Assembly: GCA_003971905.1 (NCBI GenBank)
Contig: RSEE01000032.1
Span: 1-64,000 of the forward strand
Direction of reading: 5' to 3'
Length of the DNA stretch: 64,000 bases
Source of the DNA: Moniliella sp. 'wahieum'
Lineage: Eukaryota
In this document: one piece after another, positions 1-14,439 of the stretch
How positions within the stretch are numbered: the stretch's first letter is position 1
Layout: every line of letters begins with the position of its first letter
Made by a program: the position numbers and the translations under genes
The notes under the pieces: model-generated
Seen by the model: only the letters and a program-made list of their open reading frames with translations
Databases searched by the model: none
What the model was told of the DNA's origin: nothing

Positions 1-2699
<2,699 letters not shown>

Positions 2700-3180
2700 G
2701 ATGGGGGGGAGTGGGGGTGGGGGTGGGTGGGGAGGAGGGAGATGGAGGGGGAGAGGAGGGGGAGATGGAGGAGGAGATGGAGGAGGAGATGGAGGAGGAG
2801 ATGGAGATGGAGGCGGCCACACTCGGTTTCATTCAGGGCGTCTGGAGTTGCACGTGCTCCCCCACCGGGAGAGACCGGGCCGGGGGTGCAATTTCAATTC
2901 GGTTCGATCGGATGCGGTGAGGGTGACGTCAGAGGCAGCGCATGTCACGTGCACTGACGCACGCAGACACACTGGTGGGGTGCGGGCCGGTTGCTGCTTA
3001 CACACCCGTGCCGGCCCATCGCCACTCGTTCGCCTGGCTGCTCCACCTTTGCTGCTGCGGGGGGGGCTCTTCCTGTCTTCCACCTCGTCTGCCTCGCTTC
3101 TGCTTCGCTTCTCCCCCTTCTCCCTCGCTTCTGCTCTCCCTTCTGCTCGCCTTCCACCGTTGCTCCGCAGCACTGCCCCC

Positions 3181-5966
3181 ATGCGCATCCCCGCCGCCTG
3201 GCGGCCATGTGTGTCGTCCGCGGGCGTGCTCGGGTGCCGCCGCCCGCCGCCGTCGGCCCGCGCCGCCCATTCCCACTCCCAGCCCCCCCCGACTCGGACA
3301 GGGCCACGCTCGCCCAACTCCACGCCGCCAACAAGGCCGCTGCACGGGACCGCGTGCCTGTCCTGCCCGAGTCGGCGTGGAGCAAGACGCTGATCGATGG
3401 CCCCGCCCGCAGCAACGGCGCAGCCTCCGTCGCCTCGTCTGCCCGTCCAGGCAAGCTGTCCGCCGACGGTACGTGCGTCTCGCTGCCAGTGCCCCCGTTC
3501 CCACTGCGTCTGGTGTGATGTAGCACGCTCCCTCTGACCTTGCTATCCTCTGTGCTTGCCCCCCCCCCCCCCTCTTCCTTCAGGGCTGGACAGCAGGACA
3601 CGCCCGCACGCTGCTCGGCGCGACTATCCCCCTGTCACGCGCCTGCCCGACGCGGTGGTCTGACCAGCCTGCAATCCCCAACCCAGCCCAGACCGCCGAG
3701 GCACACCGCACCCTGCGCAAGCGCGGCTATTTGCTTGCCAGGTCCTCCTCGGTGGTGCCGTGGCGGGCGGCGTGGCCTACCTGCTGCTGCCGAACCTGCA
3801 TCTCGATGCGCCGTCGGGATCCCGCGACCTTGTTCCGGTCGCGCCCGAGACAGAGGAGGAGGTGATGGCGCGCTTGACGCTGGCCAATCCCCACCTTTCG
3901 GCCCAGGAGCTCGAGCGGTTCCTTGCGGTCGAGTTGCGCAAGCACAGGGCCCAGCTGGCTCGACACACTGCCCCACGCACGTCCGAGCCCAGCAAAGCGA
4001 GCTACGTGCTACTCAGTATCCAGCGCTCCTCTACCATCGCCAAGGCTGTGGTGGCAAGCATGTGGGACTACCGCAAGACGCTCAATGCTTCCTATGCGAC
4101 GAGCAGACGGAGCGCACGGCCCTGAGCCGCTGCCACACCCGCAGTGCGAAACGGGTCCTGCGCGCCCTCCAGGCCAACGGCGGAATCTATATCAAACTCG
4201 GCCAGCATGTCAGTGCCACGCTTTTTATCCCCAGGAGTGGAGAGATGTGCTGAAACCTTTGCAAGACCAAAACAAACCCACGCCTCTGCCCGAGTTGGAG
4301 GCCACGTTCCAAGCGGAAACAGGCAAGTCGTTCGAACAAGCCTTTAGCTTTGTCGATGTCACTCCCATTGGCGTGGCCAGTTTGGCACAGGTGCACCGTG
4401 CGGTCGAACGTGACACGGGACGGGAGGTGGCGGTCAAGATGATGCACCCGGACGTAGAGCGCTTTTCGGAAATCGACATGGCGACGGTCAATCGTCTCAC
4501 CGCATTGGTCAAGCGTACGTTCCCGACGTTTGAGTTCACCTGGTTGGCAGGGAGATGAACGAGAACATGCCGCTCGAGATGGACTTTGCACATGAGGCAG
4601 GCAATGCGGAACATGCCCGCCTCGACTTTGCAAAGTACAAATCAACCCCCGTGTACATCCCTGAAATGTACTTTGCCACGAAGCGGGTGTTGGTCATGGA
4701 ATTCATCCACGGTCGCCGCCCTGATGATCTCGAGTATCTGCGCAAGCACCATCAACCGTAACCAGGTATCGCAAGAACTGAGCAAGGCGTTTGCCCAGAT
4801 GCTTATATCCATGGCTTTTCCATGCCGACCCTCATGCGGGCAATGTCCTGATCCGCTCTGTGCCACCAAGAGCTCTCTTGCTGCCCACACGCGGTCTTCG
4901 TACAACTTTGAACTGGTGCTGCTCGACCATGGTCTCTATTTCCACATTCCGCAAAAACTTCGGGCCGACTATGCACGCTTTTGGCTTTCCCTCCTGTCCC
5001 ATGGCACCCCTTCGGTCCAGCGCCAGCGCCGCCAACTGGCAAAACGAGTAGCCAACATTGGCGATGAACTCTACCCTCCTAGAGAGTGCGATTACTGGTC
5101 GAAGTGGATTGGAAGGCAGCGACCCTAACAATCCATATGGAGTGGGAGGAAAGCGTCGACCCTCCTCGCTCCTTGATATGGACGGCGGTACCAAGATGAC
5201 GCGCGCAGAGAAGGCTCACATTCAAAAAACGATGATGGAGCGGGAAGGGTTGTTTGAGGATGTGCTGCGCATGTTGCGCGCCATGCCACGTCAAATGTTG
5301 ATGGTGTTAAAGTTGAATGACTTGACCCGCAGCTTGGACATGGCTCTCCACACTACCCATGGTCCCATTCGTCCTTTTATTATCTCGGCCCGCTTTTGCG
5401 CCACGTGCGTATGGAACGATGATTGGAACACTCTCCAAGCCCAGCGCAGGAGGGACGGGTGGAGTGTCGCGTGGACCAAACGCCTGTTGAGCGCTTGGTA
5501 CAACTATGCCGTACGTTTTTCTCTTCCCCCCCCCCGCGCCCCCTTCCCTTGCTTTCTTGCATTCGGTGTAGACCAAAGCGGAAGGAACTGAACTAAACTG
5601 AGTACTGAACTGAGACGATCGATGAGCTAACTTACCTGATTGCACCCGGGACAGTACTTTAACTACGGCTTTGGATTGCTGGAATGTTACTCGGACATAC
5701 GCGCACGCATTGGGATCGTGTCGTTGTACCTGCGCACCATGGTGCTGCATGGCTTTACTGCCGCTTCCCGTGCCGCAGCTGGGATCGACGAGGACCAAGA
5801 CCCAACCCCGTCCAGCGCAGACCAAGCTCCAACTGATCCTGATCCTGATCCTGATACTGGTACTGATACTGATGGTGAGGCGCACGGTACCGATACGATG
5901 CTGGAAAAGGGTATAAGGAGTATCGATCGCCTACACCCGCTACTCAGGCTTGAACGTACGTCTTGA
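3181..5966 (+). CDS. ABC1/UbiB-family atypical kinase (ADCK1/Mcp2-like), 2 introns (~3469-3582, ~5511-5653)
   Basis: Motifs NGGIYIKLGQH, PIGVASLAQVHRA, VAVKM, EMDFAHEA, VLVMEFIHG, FHADPHAGN, LVLLDHGLY, MLMVLKLNDL; introns begin GTACGT and end CAG. Confidence 0.92.
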
Positions 5967-6615
5967 AGCTTGAACAGGACTGAAGCTTGAAGTTCACTGC
6001 AGTGCCCAGTGGCCTGCCCTGCCCCTAGTGCACAGAGCCTAGTGCCCACTCACTCTAATCTACATGCTGTTTTAATGAGCGTGCTTCAGTGGGCCAAGTA
6101 GTAGCAGGAACGATAAGCGTGGCGGAGATAGGCAGCACGCGTCACGTAGACCAACATACACACTACACACCACACCACACTACATGAAAAGGGAAAGGGA
6201 AAGGGAAATGGGAAGGGAAAGGAATGTCCACTAGCATAGGGAGGACCACCTCGGACCTCGAGGGCCGCCCATGTGGTGGGGAGTAAGTATGCGCAGTACA
6301 ATGGCACAATGGCACAATGCACCGTGCGGTCAGAGTAAGGAGCGGGTAGATGGCATGTACGATGCCTGTTTCGCACGCTTGACTCACGTCGGACTCGCAC
6401 GACTTGACTCGCACGACTGACCAAGGGAAAGTGGGCAAGTGGGCATGTGGGCAGATGAGTAGCATGGGGGGAGATGAGGGATGCAGATTTGTTTTACGCT
6501 TCGGAACGGTCCAGCGGCGGCTGATTGGATCGAATGGAAGGTCCAGACCCAAGGGACAGGGAAGGGAGAGGGAAGGGAGGGGAGGGGAGGAGAAGGGAGG
6601 AGCAAGGCAAACCGT

Positions 6616-8174
6616 TTACGTGGGCTTGCCCTCAATCGAGGTACGCCACCACTCCTTGAGGCACGAATAAGGGTTCTCATCAAACGAGTCCTTCGGGTCG
6701 CATGCGCACCTGCCCGTGTCGTGGTACTTGGCACGGTTGGCCGGGCAATGGAGAAAGGAACGTGGTAGTACCCCACCGAATCCATATGCACGACCCGGCT
6801 CCGGTCCATAAAGAGGGCAACTGCGATGGAATGAACCGGGGCATCTCCCCAACGCTCGTAAAAGAAGCCACCCGCCTTGTCAAGATGGTCAAAGTACTTT
6901 TGGTACGCTTCACCACGCCAGAAACGCAAGTCGCCAATCTCAAAGTTGGACCAAAAGTGGCACAGGTTGTACCCGGGTTCCAGCCCCTTTTCCGGCTCGT
7001 CCGTCATGAAATGAAGCCCGTTGTCTTTGGCCAAGTACTGCGGGTTTTTTGAACAAATTTTTTCGTCTCGTCCCACAGGGTAGGAATGGTGTCCGGGTAC
7101 TCGTGCAGTGCCATGGTGAATGCATAGGACTTGTTGTTCATCTGCATGAAGAGGAACGGGTCAAAGTCCATGTCGCAGTACAGACGAATCCCCGGCTCGA
7201 CACGCCAGTAGTAGTCCAAGTCGAGCGTGAGCGGGTGCTGGAAAAAGAAACCGGATTGGAAACGGCACATGTGCCGGTACGATTCCGACCAGCCATAGAT
7301 GATGTTCTTCATTTTCTCCGCGTCTCGGCAGCTTTGGTCTGGTTGATCCACGGCGGGTACCCCCAGTGCTCCGGTCCAACCTTACCAAACCGAATTTCAG
7401 AGCGCGTCATGCTACGCACTCCCTTCTTAAATTCATCTGCCCAAAGCAAGACCAACGTCTCGGGTTAGCCCATCCGAATCCGCAAACGCTTTGCCTTTGC
7501 CTTTGCCTTTGCCTTTGCTTTGCCTTTGCATCCCCTGCCCCTCCGGCACCCGACCACGTACGTACCTGTAAAGTCATCGTCGTTGAGGAAGATCCAGGGA
7601 TATCCGTACTTGCGGTTAAACTTCTCCTCCACGTCACGCATCGAGCTCTTCATATCCTCCAGTTCCTGGTTGCGAACCAGGACAATAAACGCCGCTTTGG
7701 CGCGCGGCGCCTTGTTGGCAGCAGCGGGGACAAAGGCAGGAGGGTAAATGTTACCATCATCGCCCTTGACCCCCCACGACGCCAGCTCTTCCACCGAAAC
7801 GGGCGGCGCACCGGCCGGAGACTCGTAGAGCCAGTCTCCGGGACTAATCTCGCCACCTGGGACCTTCATCGTGCTGGCCGGACGGGCAGAGGCGGAAGGA
7901 AGCTTGGTCGACGGCGGCGGACGCTGGAATTGGTTGCCTACCCAGGCGGTAGCTTGTCCACCAGCCTGCTGGCAACAGACTTCCACTGCTGCGCATGCTG
8001 CGCGCCCTTGTCGGTGAAACCGACCCAAGAAACGAGGCTGATGGTGAACAGCACGCCGAGGGCAAGCACAACGAGCCGGATGGGACGCCGCACCACCGCA
8101 TCAACAATGCCCCGGGAAGAGGAGGGCCCAGAAGACGAGCCAAGACCGCCAAGTAGCTGGTAGCGCGGGGGCAT
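6616..8174 (-). CDS. Glycosyltransferase family 15 alpha-1,2-mannosyltransferase (Kre2/Ktr family)
   Basis: N-terminal TM ([17 protein letters not shown]), [78 protein letters not shown]; intron containing (GCAAAG)n near 7.5 kb. Confidence 0.95.
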
Positions 8175-8722
8175 GGCGCACAGAACTCCAACAGCAGACG
8201 CGGCGCGAAAAGAGGCGGTGCGAGCCAGACGACGCAGAAGAGGCAGACGACGCAAAGCAGCCAGCCAGCGGGGACTGCGACGGGCCAGCCATCATGCATC
8301 ATGCCATCATGCACCACATCGCCCGCCCAGTACCCAGACACACCGCCCAAAGTGAAATGTACAGTCGGTCGCGGGCGCCAGCACTCCCCACGGGGGCAGC
8401 CGCTGCCCGCCGCCGCCGCCACCACTGCCCCCCTGCCCGGCTGCAGGGGCATGCGCCACGCTGGAGCGCCAGCAGAAGCTGTCGCATTGGTCAATGATTG
8501 CTATTGCAGGTGCCGGCTTTGCGCCTCTTTGCGCGGGTGGATTGATATTGATGACTGACGCTTGCCACAGTTGGCGTCTGTCTATATCTATAGGCCCTAC
8601 TCGCTCACCCCTCTTCTACAAGGGCAGCCACGCCAATAGGTTGGCAGACGACGCATCGATATGGATCCATCCAGCCGTCCGCCCTGCTCTGCTCTACTCT
8701 ACGCCACGCCACGCCACACCAC

Positions 8723-10046
8723 TCACAGATCCTCGTGGACCGTCTCCAGCTCCTCGTCTGCCTTGGCCTTGTCCACCTTGGCCTTCTCCCGATCCGCCAC
8801 CGTCTTGAGCGACCGCGCCAGTCTCTCGTCCACCGTTGCGCGCAGAATGTTCAGCTTGGTCGTGATCTGGTCCAGCTTGGCCCCGCCCAGCCGACGTGCG
8901 ACGCATTGTCAGCCGACTTGGCTAGGATCTTCTCCAGCCGCGCAATCTCCTTGACCACCCAGCTCTCTGACTGCGTCACCTTGTCCAGCACGCGACCATA
9001 GTACTTGGCCGCTGTCGCCTTGGCCTCCCCGCTGGTCACCTCGCCCGACCCAACCTTGGTCAAGAGCCGGTCAATGTACTCCCGTGCCGAGCCCGCAATC
9101 TCCGTTAGCTCCGCTGCAAACCCATCGGCCTTCTCGGTGGCAATGCTAATGTACCGGTTGAGCATCCGGTCCAGCGCGGGAGCCGGCCAGCAAGGTTCGA
9201 CAGACCTCCACCGGGCTCGCGGAACGTGCCGGCATTGGCATTGATGTACGACAGCAGACCTTCCTCCGTCCGCTCCCCATTGAACGGCTGCGACGTCTTT
9301 TCCTTGCCCTCGGCTTGCTCGGCCTGCGTCAACGCAGGGAAGTACAGAAGCGTAGGGAAACTCTGGATATTGAACCGCTCACCCAAGTCGCGGTACTTGT
9401 CCGCATCCACTTGCGCCAGCACCACATCTGCATCCCGCTCAAAATCTTTCGCGGCCGCATCGTAGAACGGAGCAAGCCGTTTGCAGTAGCCGCACCACGG
9501 GGCAAAAAACTCAACCAGCACATTCTTACTCGGGTCCAAAACGACTTGGTCAAACGTGGCTGGAGTAAGCTCTTGCGCATGCGCAGCATGCGCTTCACTC
9601 TTCTTAGGTGCCTCCGCTTTGATCGGCGACTTGATCCCAATCTTGCCCGAGACGTAGGTGGCAAGCGAAGTCAAGTCGCGGCCCACCTGGACAGTTTCCG
9701 CTGCCTCCTTGGTCGATCCATCGGCCGGGAACCAGAGTAAGGTAGGGAAACCTTGAATGTCAAACTTGGACATGAGTTTCCGGTTGCTGTCGCCATCCAC
9801 TTGCGCAATCAATACCTTGTCCTCGTACTTGGAGAAGGAATCGGCAAGCTCGGCATAGGTCGGAGCCAAGTTCTTGCAGTGACCACACCATGGCGCGAAA
9901 AACTCAACCAGAGCAGGCTTGCCCTGCCCAACAAGTTGCTTGAACTCCTTCTCGCTGCTGATCACTACCGCCTCGGCCGCGACCAGCAGCGCACCGACCA
10001 GCGCCCACGCCAGCAACAACATGCTCGAACCATAAACTCCACGCAT
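8723..10046 (-). CDS. Protein disulfide isomerase, ERp38/TigA type (two thioredoxin domains plus ERp29-like C-terminal helical domain)
   Basis: Signal peptide MLLLAWALVGALLVAA; LVEFFAPWCGHCK and LVEFFAPWCGYCK; GFPTL/SFPTL; C-terminus reads ...ELETVHEDL-stop (TGA at 8723-8725). Confidence 0.92.
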
Positions 10047-10220
10047 ACCACACTGAGTACTGAGAACTGAGAACTGAGTACTGAGCCACACGGAGGGCAG
10101 GGTGATGGAGGGGAAAACGGTGTTGGTGCGGGCACCGGGCCGCGTAATTGCGGTGTCGGGAAACGCTAAACGCTAAACGCTAAACGCTAAACGCCGAGAA
10201 GGGCCACGTTGGTGGGTGGT

Positions 10221-10228
10221 CCACGTCA
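10221..10228 (-). promoter_or_regulatory. Candidate unfolded-protein-response element (TGACGTGG) upstream of PDI
   Basis: Exact XBP1/Hac1-type UPRE core about 175 bp upstream of the PDI start; short motif, function inferred. Confidence 0.45.
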
Positions 10229-11071
10229 CGGAATGCAATATTGCAATGCCCAGCCCACAGCGGTCACGTGTGACACGTGACTCGTGGTCGATGGCCATCG
10301 ATCGATGATTGGCTAACTGGCTGTCCTGGATCAGTGGGTCGGTGAGCCTCACCGGTCACCGCTCGACCTCAGCCGAGCGCACCTGCTGGGGTAGCCTCTG
10401 ACCTCCGGTCGCTAGCAACGCCACAGCTAGCTCATGGGGGTCCTGCTGCTACACATCCAAACGATCCGCCCCTGGGACAGGCTGGCGTAGGCCGGTGGCA
10501 CAAATACTGAACGTACTGAACGTTGAGGATGGTGGGGGAGGAGACGACATGGATGACATGGACTTGGCCAATGTGGATCAATCGATCGTGCCGCAGATCA
10601 TGGCCTGGCCTGGCAGCCATGGTATGCGTCCCCGCCAATCGCACGCGTAGCCAGTGCCCCGCTGGAAGCTAAAAGCTGGAAGCTTGACGCTGAAGCTTGG
10701 AAGGGCAATGAATGCGGCGGCAGCCCAGGGCCAGTGTACGCGCGGCTGCTGACTAGTGGCGAGTGATGAATGATTCCAGCACCCTGGGTGGCGTGGACGG
10801 TGGAGGTGGCGGAGGGCGTGTCAAGCCGGCGGTGTCATCGAATGGGTCATCCGATATCGACATAATCAGTACTCAGACTCAGTGTACTCAGGCTGAGCTC
10901 AGCCTCAGCGGCTCAGCCGCTCAGCCGCTCAGCGGATGATCGATGATCGATGAGGCGCATTCTGCTCTTCGCGCCCTCGGCCTGCCTGCCTCTCCGATCT
11001 CCACCCTCTCCTCCGCCTCTCCGCTCTGCGCCACCACCGCTGCGTCGCCTGCCCCCCCTGTTCTGCAGCGC

Positions 11072-14000
11072 ATGGGCGGACTGACCACCCCCTCCACCGG
11101 CCGGTCCACCGCCACCGGCACCACGGCCACTACCGGCCGCAACGCCCCCAAGTCCCGATGGTCCGGATGGGCCAACACTGGCTTTACCAAGTCCATCAAA
11201 GTTCCGACTGGGCGCCGGATACGTCAATGCAGCAAGCCATAAGCTCGGCAACGAGCGCTTCTGGCCCAGCTCGGGCGACTACGTCGAGGAGATTGCCAAG
11301 TGCACTCGCATCCTCAATGGCTTTACCCAACAGGGCTTTGTTCGCGAGGAAGAGCAAGTCGTCGCTGATGACGACCCCAACGGCAAGGTCGTCGTCGAGG
11401 AGCAGACCGTAGGTCCCGACGGCCAACCCATGACCAAGGAGCAAGCTGCCAAACTGGCTCCGAGCGAAACACGCACCCAAAAGATCACCAAGAAGATCAA
11501 GAAGGTCAAAATCATCCGCAAGGTTCGTCCCCCCTCCCGCGTCTTTTGTCTTGTCACATGTCACCACTAACCTCGCCCGACAAACCTCAAGATTCCTCCG
11601 ATGTGTTCAAAAAGGCGTGTGGAATTGCTATCTATACCTCTATGCGCAGTGGCATGGCACCCTTTGGGGGCTCGGGCGGCTCGGGCATCGTGATGGCTCG
11701 TCTTCCCGATGGCTCCTGGTCCGGTCCTTCTTTATCACACCACAGAACGCTACAGCAGGACTCATGTTTGGTATCGATGTTTACGATGTGGTGTTGCTCA
11801 TCATGTCTCCCACTGCTCTCGAGGGATTCAAACACACAAGGTCACTCTGGGCGCCGAGACTGCGATTGCAGCTGGCCGGTGGTACGGGCGCTGCTATGGA
11901 TATGAGTGTCAACGGAGTGGACTGGAGTAATTCCAAGATGCAAGTTCCAGAGGGAGAGAGGAGGAAAATTGCCAAACCTCCTGCCCCTTTGTTCTCGTAT
12001 ACTCGCAACCGTGGGTTCTATGCTGGTCTCGAGGGCATGGCTATGGTCTACCTCACGCGTTTTGATGAGAACGAAAGGGTGTACCATTGGCCCGGTCTGA
12101 CCGGTCGAGATGGTTGGAAGGAAAAGTACGCAAGCCCGTCGAGGCGCGTCAGCTCTACGACGCCCTGGCCGCAGCTGAGACGGGACAGGCTCAAGCAACC
12201 ATGTCAGATTTACGTGTGCCCAAGGAACTGGATAACGCGTCTTGGCCCACCTGTCATCGCAAAGCAGTTCGTCCCAGGCCAGCATGGTTGATACTGACAC
12301 AGCCTCGACCATCGGCTCAGTCCACGACAGTGCATCTTCGATCAAGATCGGCTCTGACGACAGTGCGACGACGGAAAATGGCGGACCTTTGGTCTGGACG
12401 ACGGTGAGAGGCTCCATTTACCGCCTACACCCGAACAACTTGACTTTATGGAACAAGCGGGCATCCAAGACGAAGAAGATGAGCGGCTTGACGCAATTCA
12501 CAAAGACTATATTTGGTCCTTGCCACCGCCACGTCATCCCGGTGCTGTCAAGCGGGCTGAGGCGATTACTCGCACCAAGGCCGGACACCGCTTTGTCGCT
12601 CCTGCCACTCTGCCACCGATGGGATCCACTCGCTTTATTGCGCCCGGTCCATTGCCAGATGCCAAAGCGGTCTCTCTGCCGCCCTTGAAGCGATCCCCCT
12701 CGCAGGAAAGCACGGGAACTCTCAACCGCTCGATCTTGACTCGCCTCCTCCCTATACGTCCAGTCCGGCCGGCATGGTCCCCCTGGGCCAGGACAAGAAG
12801 ACCCCTGAGCAAGAGGATGACAAGCTAGAGCACGCTACTTCGAAAGGTGCCAACCTCGAGGCTACCTCAGAGCTTTCTCTTGCACCCGACTCGACGGACA
12901 ACAGCATCAAAGCGAAAGGTGTTGATGCTAAGACGGACCTTGGACTAGACTCAAGCACAAGCACCGCACCTGTAGGTGTAGGAAAGGATGCGGCGCAGTC
13001 GTCCGATCTTGCGCAACAGGACTCGATCCAGTCTGCTTCGGAAGATATCGTCCCTGTTCAGACGGCCGACCAAGCTGAGGAGCCTGCTGCAGCGCCCGAC
13101 GCGCCCCATCCCTCAGCAATGGAGAAGGTTGAGGAGAAGGAGTCGCCGTCCACTGTTACTTCGGCGGTAAATTTTCGTAAGGGGTCGGCGGAGGAGGAGC
13201 CGGCCCGAATCGCCCGTACTATTCACGCCAAGGAGGGTAAACCCAATGACGAGACCGACCTGGCACGAGGGGAGGAGCAGAACGATGAGCGCTTGAGTAG
13301 TCAACCCGATGAACCCGATTTCCAAACAGTCAAGAAGTCGAGGCGCAAGACAGCTACCGAGTTGTTGCTAGACTCGATGTGGAGCGGGCGCTCGGGTACT
13401 CCTACTTCAGGCTTGGGACTGCTCCCTGGGGAAACAGGGGAAACAGGGGAAACAGGGGAAACAGGGGAAACAGGGAAAATCGACATCGACGTCCACCTCC
13501 GTTGGGCGGTCCTTCACTCCGGGTCGTTTGTTCGCCAAGCAGGTACCTGAAGAAGATGAGGAGAAGAAGGAGAAGGAAGAGGATGAGGTTGAGGTTGAGG
13601 AGCCCAAGACAGCGACAATGGCTACTGAGCCCAACCACCAACAAAAGATTGCTGTGCCGGTGGCTCGAAGGGAAAGCCTGCACCTAGGCACGGACGAAGA
13701 TGACCTGGATGACGAGGAGTTGGAGCGCCAGGGATCCAAGGCTACATCAGAGTCGGGTCCTAGCACGAGGCATAGCATCGACTCTTGGCGACCTGAGTAC
13801 GATACGGACGAGGCGGAAGAGAGCACGACAGATGCATTTGCGATCATTTCCCGTCGGATCTCCAGCATGCCTCCCTCACGCGAACCGACGTCGCACAACG
13901 CGGCACAGGAAACGCAACAGGATGAGGATGAGACGCACAGGAAACGCAACAGGATCAAGAAGAAGCTCAAACCCGGCAAGAGTATCTGTTTTCCGCCGCA

Positions 14001-14439
14001 CCTACGCCGGCCCCTGTGCCTGCAGAGCAGTCTGACCAGTCGGACAAGTCGGACGGGGAAAGTTCCGATGCATTTGCCGAAGCCGAATCGTATGACCACT
14101 CTTCCAACCCAACCACGGCAACAGACACAGCCCCGAACGGTACTTCGATCAACAAGACGCCCGAGCCTTCTACTGCTACTGCTACTGTTACTGCTACCCC
14201 CTTCCGTCGTCCGGCCCGCAACCGGCCCTTGAGCTTCATTTCCACTCTCCCCGACCGACCTACCACGCCCACCACGCCCACCACTCCCACCACTGCCGCC
14301 ACCACCTTCCCCTCCTGTCACTGCCACGCCCAAACGCCACAAACGGTCCGCCTCCCGTGCCCTTCGCCCGGCTCGCAATGCTAAGCCCCCCGCTACCACG
14401 GTGCAGGCTCAGGTGCCGCCGGAGGCAGACTCCGCCTAG
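11072..14439 (+). CDS. SYLF/Ysc84 (DUF500) domain protein with long acidic low-complexity C-terminus; intron ~11523-11591
   Basis: ERFWPSSGDYVEEIAKCTRIL, VFKKACGIAIYTSMRSGMAPFGGSGGSGIVMARLPDGSWSGPS, GLMFGIDVYDVVLLI, FSYTRNRGFYAGLEG, RFDENERVY. Start codon and far 3' end uncertain. Confidence 0.85.

Noticed and set aside
2701..2812. G-rich and (GGAGATGGAGGA)n repeats as a coding Gly/Pro-rich protein
   Set aside because: Simple-sequence tract in the PEX1 5' region; the ORFs across it are low-complexity artefacts.
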